Position numbers and translations under genes: made by a program
The notes under the pieces: generated by a model
The model's input: only the letters and a program-made list of their open reading frames with translations
The model's database searches: none
Told to the model about the DNA's origin: nothing
Shown here: positions 53,241 through 64,000 of the stretch, in pieces
How the letters are laid out: each line of letters opens with the position of its first letter
Position numbering within the stretch: the stretch's first letter is position 1
Assembly (NCBI RefSeq): GCF_001194135.2
Contig: NC_068984.1
Location: 31,570,589-31,634,588, forward strand
From: Octopus bimaculoides
Lineage: Eukaryota
DNA length: 64,000 nucleotides
Reading direction: 5' to 3'

Positions 53241-55624
53241 CCAAAGCCTTTATTGTCATCGTTGCTATTATGATTTCAAATATGATTCTTGTCACTGTAC
53301 CACCATTATCACCTTTTTTCTCTAGCAAATTCATTTATTAATCAAGAATGTCAGTTCTGCTGCTCTCATTGTTGTTGCTGTTTAACCCCTGGGCAAGCAG
53401 GACCAAGTTGATCTGTCCTTAAATACATTCTCAACATTACCATCCAGAATTTTAAAAATAATTTAATCTCATGTTATCGACTCCATCCTTATGTTTTCTA
53501 ACACAGTAAAAGATGATCTGAGTGTAATTTTAGCTGTTGTTTTAAACAGATCAACTAACTGCACAGAATCTCAGTCATTCACTGCACTTTAAAGGCTGCC
53601 AACAGGGAGGTGTGACATATTGGTTTCAATCAGAAAGAGAAGGTTAGTAAGAGTTTTGAAATGGTGCAAGAATGTTTCTGACATTTGGAGATGCAAGATT
53701 AATTCACTATTAAAGCAGTCATATTGTAGGAAAATCCTCAAAAATAATATGGTTAATCCTGAGAGATTTATTTCCCCCCTTTGATATCCAATTACTAGTT
53801 TTTTAAATTTTCTTTCTTGTATCACGAACATTTCTTTGCTCACTGTCTCTTTGGTTTCTTCCATCCATCCACTTTTCTTTCTGAAGATGATGCCAACTTC
53901 AACAGCAGTGACAATGACAAATATAATAGAGGCAAGCTAATATAGTTGATTGCCTGACCTATTTATGTGGTTGCTTAAAAAACAAAATTAGGAGCCAAAT
54001 CTCCTTCAAATAAGATTGGCATCTTAAAAATAAGAAGGATCATGTGGATAATTCTGTCCCTGATACAAGAGTGCTGGAAAAATACTGAGAAGATCAAGCT
54101 GAGAAAACATCTGATCATTGCTTGATAAAGTTGATTCAAGGTGTAAAATGCTGTCTGTTGTTTTATATCCTGATCTTATGATTATACATAACTAGTCTTT
54201 TCCTGTAATCGAATATGTTGTTGATGTAAGAATGAACCTGCACACTGCATTTATTTACAGTGAAGTAAGCTTGAGCAGATATGTCTCTACCTACTCTTCT
54301 AGCAAATTGTAATTGCATGGTCATGTGACCTTATAAGCAAAGTAATCAATTATAATGTGCTATCAACACATGCTCAAGCATAGTTGTGTGGTTAAAAGGA
54401 CTGAAACCTGTAGTTTAGAGTTTGATTACACTGTGTGGCACTTTTGATATCCTTAGCTATCCCTCATCTCCAAAGCAAAGACAAGAATTTTTGTTTTCTT
54501 TAAATATTTCTTATTCGATCATGAAATTATTTTTAATTACTTCAATTTATTTCTCCTCCAAATTCAGTGAAGCAAACAATTATTTCTAGATGTTTGTTTT
54601 TTCTTCTCTGTCCACAAGGGCAAATCTAATAAACTAAGAATTTAACATGTTCAGTAATCAGTGCAATCCCGTTGACATTGTCATCAAAATTTACATCACA
54701 GGTCCTTTTGAGTTCTTTTCCTTTAGTGCATTTTTTAATTTAAAGATAACAGTCACACTTAGCAAAAAATGTATCACTTGCTTTCTGTAAATGTTAAATT
54801 GAGAAGAACTCTCCTATGTTGATGATGCAAAATCACTTGAACTCTACCCTTCTCATTTACTTGCTAACAATTATCATTGCTAGGTTTTGTTTCTATCTCT
54901 GCAGGAAGTTTTACTAGACTAAAATATTATCATGTAATTCCACACATTGACTTTGTTATCCCAATTCATGATACTAGTCCTTTTAGATATTTTCTCTTAG
55001 CTCTTTTTCCTATGGGCATGCTAACTTCTTTTTCTAGCATTCAATCAAGATCCATCTTCTGCAGTTTATCTGTATTTTGCTGCTCTATTGGTCATGTTGT
55101 TCTGAATGAACAAAGACATATAAAATCCTGAGTATTCTTGGATAAAGCAACTTCATGAATGCTGGTGTCATAGTAAAATTTGTATGAAGGTTGACACATA
55201 AATGGATGAAATAAACAGATTGGTTATATCTTGTTGGGAGCATATCAACCTCTCCAATCCTGATGCCATTACAAAATATCCCATTACCCTGCAAAATAGT
55301 TTGCTTTAAGGAAAGCATTCACCCTTTCATATTGAAATGGGGGAATGGGGCTACACCTTGACCATGCTTGAGAAAGCAGCAACACAAAATAAAACTGATG
55401 CAAACTGTGATGACACATCCAACTCTGTCTGCATAGAAAGCATATATTAAATGATGATGAGGATGAAAACAGTGATGATGATGATGATGATAATGAAGAA
55501 TGTTCATTCAAGGATATTCAATAATATATATATGTATGGATACAAATATTAAAATATCTGCCTTATCTCTCATACTCTCTCACATTATATATATACTCAC
55601 ACACACACACTCACATATACATTT

Positions 55625-55673
<49 letters not shown>

Positions 55674-56249
55674 CATACACACATACGCACACACACAAAT
55701 ATGCACACACAATCATGCACACACACCACACACATACATATATGAATGAGGGTTAGATGTATTTCTGAACCACATGCATAACACCTTGCGGTATTTGGCG
55801 ATGTTTAAGTTACATCCATTTAGACCCAAGTTAACTTTTCCCCAAGATCAATAAAATAAACAGCACAGTGGAGACTATAAAATCGACTAAGTTCCCTTAA
55901 AGGTGGTACACTGGTATAGCCTCAGTCTATATAGAATCAATAGCATTATGGAAGTGCTGTAGTGGCTATTTAAGATTTCACATGCTGTTATAGAAATTTC
56001 TTCTTTCATTTTGAGCAAATATCTTGCAGTATTTGTTCTGACACTCTGTGCTCTGAGTTCAAATCCTGTATAATGTATAACCTCAGTCTAATGACAGAAA
56101 CTAGTTAGGGAATAAATTATGAATTAAAGGATGTAAAGTTCAACAATGCTGCAAAATATGAACAGAATACTCACAACATAACATGAGTTATGGCAATAAA
56201 GTCTAAGATAATACTGCACTACTGTTGCTGCTGCTGTTAATGATGATGG

Positions 56250-56364
56250 GGAGGAGGAGGAGGAGTGGTGGGGAGGAGGAAGAGGAGGGGAGGAGGAAGA
56301 GGAGGGGAGGAGGAAGAGGAGGGGAGGAGGAAGAGGAGGGGAGGAGGAAGAGGAGGGGAGGAGG
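56250..56364. repeat. Polypurine minisatellite, 17-nt unit GGGGAGGAGGAAGAGGA, about 5-6 copies
   Basis: Seen directly. Confidence 0.9.
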
Positions 56365-56907
56365 ATATCGATGATGGTGGTGATGGTGATGGTGGTGGTG
56401 GTAGAGTGGTGGTGGTAGTATGGTGGTGGTAGTGGTGGTGATTGTGTTCTTGACTAGGAGACAGCGTTGGTGTTATTGATCTTTTGTAACTAAAAGAACC
56501 ACACACGAAAAAACAAAACCAAAAAAACAAAGAAAAGAGCAATGAAGTAAGAATAAAACGTCAACAAATAAATAATTTTAAACTATTCAGTAATGTCCAC
56601 CCCTATGGCTATAACTGTTACTGGAAGAGAGGTGGGACTGTCAATTTTGCTAATAGAGTGTTCAATAAGCAAATTAGATACACTATATATTCCTTATATT
56701 GATTATGGGGTTCTTTTTATTTACTAATTCACTTTTCCAATTTATTAGAGATCTGTCAAGAATTAATATATGCATTTCGGTTTTACACACATGTACACAA
56801 CCAATCACACAAACGCAAGTACACACACTCAAACATACATAGACTTATCTGCAGGAATATATATATATTTATGCATCTGTATGTGTGTAGATGCATACAA
56901 ACTTATA

Positions 56908-56966
<59 letters not shown>

Positions 56967-57135
56967 GCGTGTGTGTGTGTATATATACATATATATGTAT
57001 ATATACATGGATGTGTATATATATACATATATATATACATACATGAGTGTGTATGTATATAGTCTATATATTATGTATGTGTGTGCATATATATACATAT
57101 ACATTTATATATATGTGAATAATACATACATGCAA

Positions 57136-57225
<90 letters not shown>

Positions 57226-57659
57226 ATGTATATGCATATATGTATACATACACACACATACACATATATATACATGTATGTATGTATATGCAGACATTGC
57301 CTAAATACATACATTGATACATACAATCGTACACATACATATATGCATACATAAATACATATTTCTGAGTTTGTATGCTCATACACTTGTGTTGCCATGG
57401 GAATATAATTTTCTATTAAGTTCCAACTAACTCTTCATTCATTTCGCAAATTGTCATTTATATTTTAAAACACAAACAGTATTATCAAATATATTAATAT
57501 ACTCACTCTAAAGCTTTACAACAAATTAATAAAAAGAACAAAACGTGTGTCAAGTATCTTGTGTTACAACCTTTTACATACACAAGCATATGCACAGATG
57601 AATAAATGCACACACTACACAGATGTATATCCTTAAGCACGCAGACAAACACATACACA

Positions 57660-57880
57660 CATCACCATCATTGTTTAACGTCCGTTTTCCATACTGGCAC
57701 TTGTTGGACAATTTTACAGGATCTGGCCTGCTGGGTAGCTGTCTAGACTGCAAATTGTCTGTTGTGGCATGCATGCTTTCCACAGCTGGATGCCCTTCCT
57801 TACATCATCCTCTTTACAGAGGGTGTTGGGTGCTTTTTACGTACCAGCAGCTTAAGTGCATTTTACATGGCACTGATATC
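57660..57880 (-). mobile_element. SINE family C 3' half, diverged
   Basis: catcattgtttaacgtccgttttccat...ttccacagctggatgcccttcct...gtgctttttacgtacca. Confidence 0.7.
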
Positions 57881-58216
57881 TGTAAAGGAAACACACACAC
57901 ACACACATATTTACATATAATTAAATGAGATTTGGGTAAATACTTTGTACAATGTTATGCAAAGCTCATCTACAAATATTGGTTACCTGATATCATATTG
58001 CAGTGGAAATGCTCCTCCTAGTGGATATACATCAGGAATTCCATAGTATCTATCGAGTTTATATAAACAGATAAATGTTAGAAAATGGAATAAATGATCC
58101 TGTTTAATATTGTATGTCGAAAAGCACTGAAATACTATGGAACAAGTGAATGGGCTGATTTGATATCAGCCCTGAAAAACTCAATAAGGTACTGCTGTCA
58201 TATATGAAAGATATAC

Positions 58217-58269
<53 letters not shown>

Positions 58270-58337
58270 GGGAGAATTTACAAAAAACAACAACAAAAGA
58301 CGAAGACAGATGGTATAGAAAACTAACAGATGTATTA

Positions 58338-59393
58338 GTTCATCTTTGGTGTTACAAGGAGTTGTGATGGTCTCTCGCTCAACTGCACCCCACAAATAAT
58401 AAACAAGGGATTTGCAGTCTGGAGAGTTGGGTGGCCAGATGTTACGGGTAATGTGGTTGCAGAAATTGTCTGACAACCATGATTGGGTCCTCTTGCTCGT
58501 GTGGCATGGTGCAGAGTCCTGTTGCCAGACATAGGGTCTTCCAACAGCCACCCTCTTGACCTAGGGCAGCACTACCTCTTCCAGGCACTTGATGTAGGCC
58601 GCCCTGTTGAGTGTGAGTCCGTGTGGGAAGACGAATGGAGGCATAACGTCGCCATCACTAGTGATCACTCCAAACACTTTGATGTTGACTGGATGTTTGA
58701 TTTTTATTACTGACAATACATGTTTTGGGGACAATACAAGTGAACGGTTGTTCAGTGCGTTCACCATCTGATCCTGTCAGAAATTTTTCTCGTCTGAGAA
58801 AAAATCTAAAGCATGTTCGGTTGGAGAAGATGCTTGAGTTTATTCAAAAGCTCTGTAGGGCGGTCTTTCCTCTTGTCCTTGATGGCTTGGGATAAAAATT
58901 GGTCCTTTCCCATCTTGATTGAGGAATACCGAATGTCGTCATGCATTACTTGCCTGATAAGTAACTCAGACACTCGCATGTCCCTGGCAATAGACCTGAT
59001 TAACTTGGAGGTATCATTGTCAATCATGGCCTGGATCTCACCAACAAATTAAGGAGTTCTTTTCTTATCAGAACGATCAGAGTGAGTTTTCAGAGCTACC
59101 ATACCTTCGTAATCACCATGAGACTCACCCAATTTTTTTCCGAATCCTCTGCTCTGACCTCAGGTTGACACCCAAACACTCTGAAATGTTCGTATTGGAG
59201 CTTCCGGCGAGATTGTCAAGCAGTGGAGCATGTTGTTTCCAAATTTCCAGCAGAGTGAACTGTGTAATGGTACTGTTTTTCTCACAGAGGTGCCCAACTG
59301 ACCCTACTATACTGCGTAGTCGAGAAGATAAAAACAATACGCATGCACGAAATTAAAAATACACAATGCCGACAATTTATCCATCGTGCCCTG
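58338..59393 (-). mobile_element. DD37D (maT) transposon lacking its 3' end
   Basis: 5' end TA|cagggcacgatggataaattgtc matches the 9911 start; FSDEK, VFGVITSDGDVMPP, WQQDSAPCHTS...WPPNSPDCKSL(V); 37 residues between the second D and the third-D position. Confidence 0.9.
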
Positions 59394-59423
59394 TATGTGT
59401 GCGCGCGTTTGTGCGTGTATACG

Positions 59424-59461
<38 letters not shown>

Positions 59462-59949
59462 TGTGTGTGTACGTAAATGTCGGACGATAAAAATGAGTTC
59501 TTAATACCGCACTGGTGGATAGAATTTCTTTATTTGTATATTAAGGCTAACATTGGTTTCACGTTAAAATATATCTTAATATCTGAACAGTTTTTCAAGC
59601 TAATCAAATGGAGGAATAGTCTTCATCTCCATTTTGGATAAAATCACTAAATCTTGCTAAATTCACGGATATCGTCGTGTAGAAAATAATGGATGACATC
59701 TTTTGAGTGGTTATCGCCCATGTATTTGGCTTTTGGTGAAACAGTCATGTTGGTTGGTAAATTTGTTTGCATTATCTGATATTATATTCTCGGAGTATGA
59801 GATGTACGAATGCTTGTGTGCTGAAGTAGTTAGTCATGGGGCAATATTTCTTCTTTGTGTGGAGTTCACATGTATATATTCAAATTTCACGTTCACAAAT
59901 GAGGCTATTCTTGTGGGATTAGCAGTGCAGGTGGTCATTCATTTTTGAA

Positions 59950-60345
59950 GTGTCTAAGTGTAAAGAAGTACGTGCGTATGCTGAAAGAGAAGATTTAATC
60001 CCAAGTATTAACGATGTCTCTGTTGATATTTAGTTTTTCAGTGATACAGAGTTCACATTTGGTACACCGTTGCTTGTATTTGCTGGCTTTAGCAATGATG
60101 TTCTACTTTATATGGGGGGGGGGTGTTACTTATTCTACCTTCTTTCAATGTCCACATCGTACTGGATACGGATGTTGCGTGTCTTTTATTTTTGTCTCTG
60201 AATGACGTCAGGTGTTGTGTGTACCTTTCCTTGAACGAGTTGCCCGTCAATCCGATATACGTCTTTGCTACTGCGCTGGAGTCCGTGATTTTGGCCTTGT
60301 ATATAAGTTCTCTTTCGTGACAGTTGTTGTGCAGAGGACAGTGAA
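59950..60345 (-). mobile_element. Penelope-like GIY-YIG endonuclease 3' end
   Basis: NNCHERELIYKAKITD...TYIGLTGNSFKERYTQHLTSF...W.LKE, then IIAKASKY...CELCITEK in a shifted frame. Confidence 0.85.
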
Positions 60346-60771
60346 TTGTATATATATATATATATGTATATATATATNNNNNNNNNNNNNNNNNNNNNNN
60401 NNNNNNNNNNNNNNNNNNNNNNNNNNNNNNNNNNNNNNNNNNNNNNNNNNNNNNNNNNNNNNNNNNNNNNNNNNNNNNNNNNNNNNNNNNNNNNNNNNNN
60501 NNNNNNNNNNNNNNNNNNNNNNNNNNATATATATATATATATATAATCATAAATATATAGGGATTGACAGTAACCTGCTTCTCCAACATACTGAGAATTC
60601 AGAAATAGCAGTCAAAGAACTACTGATTTCAAAACTACAAATTATTACTCCAGATTGATAGCGATATTTTTGATACACACAGAACAAAAAAACAATAGAG
60701 AAGAGTAAAAAACACTTGCCTTTAGTTAATTTAGTACAATTTAGTGTATATATATATATACACACACACAC

Positions 60772-60806
<35 letters not shown>

Positions 60807-61824
60807 CGTGTATGTGTGTGTATGTGCGTATGTATGTATATCACTGATATTATGTTAAACTGTCGTATGTCCAAATTTGGCCAAATGCGTTTTTTTTTTT
60901 TTTGCAATACTTACTCTTGCTTGCAATAGCCGGTTTTGGTAAAACTATTGTGTTTCCTACTGCTTCAGATGTCAAGATATCAAAAATTGACAGTGTAGTA
61001 TAAAGGATTTGCTATGGAATGGTGAAACTATCTTTTCGTTTTCTGAAAAGGCAGCGTTTTGAATTTACGACTTTTATGCATAATAGCAACGATATATACA
61101 TATGCATGTGTGTGTGTGCACGTGTGTATTCAGAGAAAGACAGAGAGAGAGAGAGAGAGAGTGAAAGAGAGAGAGAGAAAGAGAGAGAGAGGAAGGGAGA
61201 GATATTTAAACGTACATGTAGATAGACACTGATCTGTGGACATACGTTTATAAATGTATGTGTGTATGTGCGTGTGTTTGCGTATGTGTATATGTGTGTG
61301 TCTGTTCGTGCGTGTGTGTGTATCGACGGAAAGAGTGCAGTGAATTTGCCGTGGGGAGTGGAAAATTTAGCTTTTCAAACAGAGTCCATAAAGACAGTCA
61401 GATACGCAGATAGATAGACATACACATATACTAATTATATTAGAAGTATTTTATAGTTACACACAGAATTGTTTTTGCGAGAAGATAAAATGTAAGGCAA
61501 GGCACAATAAAAATGAAAACAAAAACATTACATTTAGAACGATAATATGTACAAACACATCTAAATAAAATTGATTCCAAGAGATGTTTGAAAATAAAAT
61601 CAAACCAGAAACTTCAGTAATTTTATATAATCAAGCTCCAGGGACTTTCTACTTCTGCTGGCCATATATTTACAAAAGTCTATTACCACGTGATAACTTT
61701 GTCAGTGAGACAAAGGTAAGCACTTAAATGCTTGTTCAATGCGTATCAATTGTACTTTTACATCATTGCATTCATGTGTATATATATATGTGTGTGTGTG
61801 TGTGCATTATTTATGTTATTTACT

Positions 61825-61944
61825 TTTGACGGATATTTCTCCTCATCTTGTTTGTTGTCAACACGTTTCAGCCTTCATCAGGTGTCTTGGGGAAATTTCG
61901 AACCTGGGTTCTCATTCCTAAGGTATTTTTCGATGTTATTGTTG

Positions 61945-61945
<1 letters not shown>
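61825..61945 (-). mobile_element. Short interspersed element with a hammerhead-like core; related 3' fragment at about 40042-40100 (+)
   Basis: Minus strand reads CTGATGA-aggct-GAAAC; downstream acaacaaacaagatgag..aaat...aataa recurs at about 40045. Confidence 0.5.
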
Positions 61946-62195
<250 letters not shown>

Positions 62196-62760
62196 GCCTT
62201 TGCACAGCTTTTAACGCTGGAGATGTATCACAGTGTCAGCTGTTCACTACCAGTAAACTAAGGTAACACCTCTTATTTTTCGAGCACCTTCCGGAGTATT
62301 TGAGCGATTCCAAGCAGTGCTGTTTTCTGCAAGTGCTCCACCCTTATTGCAGTCCCTATTTGTTCCATGTGCTTCTCGAGATTTTTGCTCACTGTTCCCA
62401 GGGCTCCGACAATTATTGGTACTACTGCTACCTTTTTCATCGACTACAACTGCTTAACTTCCCAATCTAACCTGTCATATCTCCCGACTTTTCTCTCTTC
62501 CTTGTTGCATACCTTGTTGTCAGCTGGGCATGCTATATCTATGATCCAGCCTAGTTTGTTTTCTTTCTCAATTAAGACTATGTCCGGCTTCCTAATCTCT
62601 ATCTCACGGTCGCACTGAATCATAAAATCACATAGAAGTTAACTTCTATGTTGTAGTAGAGACAACATGTCCTTTGTCTATCTCCTTAACTTCTTGGAGA
62701 TTTTAGATATAATTATACTGATGTGTCCATCTCTTCTAATTTAATTAAATTCTATGTTTT
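62196..62760 (-). mobile_element. R4/Dong-clade LINE 3' end (a second family with a different 3' UTR)
   Basis: DCDREIEIRKPDIVLIEKE....WIIDIACP...VVPIIVGALGTV...LQKTALLGIAQILRKVLEK stop, then UTR and (AAT)n. Confidence 0.9.
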
Positions 62761-62973
62761 TGCGCAGTTGAGGATTGCTCTGAATTTCAAATTGATGTAA
62801 TGATTGCATTGCTCAATTAAATGGAGTTGCAGGAAACGATCGTACTGCATTACCTCTGGATATCCTTGTTGCTTATTTTGATTTTAGTCACCTTACTTTG
62901 AAATTGTATGGATAATACCGTACTAAATTCTGCTGCCTCAACTTAAGTACCATATTCACCTGAATATATATAT

Positions 62974-62987
62974 ATGTGTGTGTGTGC

Positions 62988-63080
<93 letters not shown>

Positions 63081-63095
63081 TGTGTGTGTGTGTAT
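62974..63095. repeat. (TG)n microsatellite; (TCTA)n(TA)n follows at about 63197-63336
   Basis: Seen directly. Confidence 0.97.
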
Positions 63096-63198
63096 CAAAC
63101 CAAAAAGGAGAGAATAAATTTCAGAAGTCAGTTTTCTTAATCACTCAATATATTTCAGTGTATCGGAATACTTCACAGCGAACATAGGCGCACTCATA

Positions 63199-63344
<146 letters not shown>

Positions 63345-63479
63345 TATCTATGTATGTATGTATATGATATAACAATCTATAAATATATAAATATATATAC
63401 ACATATAACTCATAAATGTACTCGCATAAGATCTTACGAGGTAGTATATCGGTATTTGAAATCAATATTAGGCTTACCA

Positions 63480-64000
63480 TAAGCGTAATAAAACCATTAA
63501 TTATATCGACACCTTGTCCAATAATTCCCAAAGTGTCATTAAGTAGGTTGTCAAAAGGGTGTGAATAAGAATCACAAACCTATCTGCAAATGAAAAGATT
63601 TTTTTTATAACTTTGCACCCTTTTATAATAGAACACTGAAGAACAATGGATTTGAGAGGAAGATATATTATATTAAGAATACACTATTTAAAAATAAATT
63701 CGGTAAGCGTTTTCCAGATCTTGCGAAATTACATATCAATACCCCTTACGTGAACAACCCTCCCGAGCATCAGGAACGCCACCATAATAGAAGACACTAT
63801 AATTCATTTAATTGTAATAAGTATCACATTGGTCAGATTAGAAACAATTCAGCGAGGAAACGGGAAATTATCTGGTTAACCCACCCTTTTTCCCTCCAAG
63901 GCAGTAATCTCCCTAAATTATTTTTTTAGGATTATTGACAAGAATTTCCCATTAAGCCATAAATATCATCCCGTTTTTAATAGATACCGCCTTAAATTAT
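63480..64000 (+). mobile_element. Penelope-like element: RT C-terminal/thumb region and linker, degenerate, cut by the window end
   Basis: YIDTLSNNSQSVIK..RITNLSANEKIFYNFAPFYNRTLKNNGF and KREIIWLTHPFS...FFRIIDKNFP.SHKYHPVFNR resemble PLE SNHP..I and IIWFNPPFS..IDKHFP motifs. Confidence 0.8.

Noticed and set aside
55085-55300. Minus-strand peptide VMGYFVMASGLERLI with vague transposase-like feel
   Set aside because: Too short, with no continuing motifs in any frame.

Overview
AT-rich, microsatellite-dense metazoan draft-scaffold sequence with seven N gaps. The SINE families present resemble those I recall from octopus genomes (inference, not verified). I could not confidently name any host gene. 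The window is dominated by decayed mobile elements: four or five SINE-like families, R4/Dong-clade non-LTR retrotransposon fragments mostly next to (AAT)n-type tracts, two partial mariner elements fused to LINE pieces, three DD37D (maT) transposon copies, and several Penelope-like (GIY-YIG) fragments. Most ORFs in the supplied track are microsatellite or N-gap artefacts. The points most worth checking are a 40-bp fold-back hairpin at a Penelope 5' junction, a catalytically complete solo GIY-YIG ORF followed by a hammerhead-like core, other hammerhead-like remnants, three unrelated long inverted-repeat elements, and a speculative phase-compatible chain of short + strand exons (about 25.5-37.4 kb). 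Repeat boundaries are read by eye and approximate.
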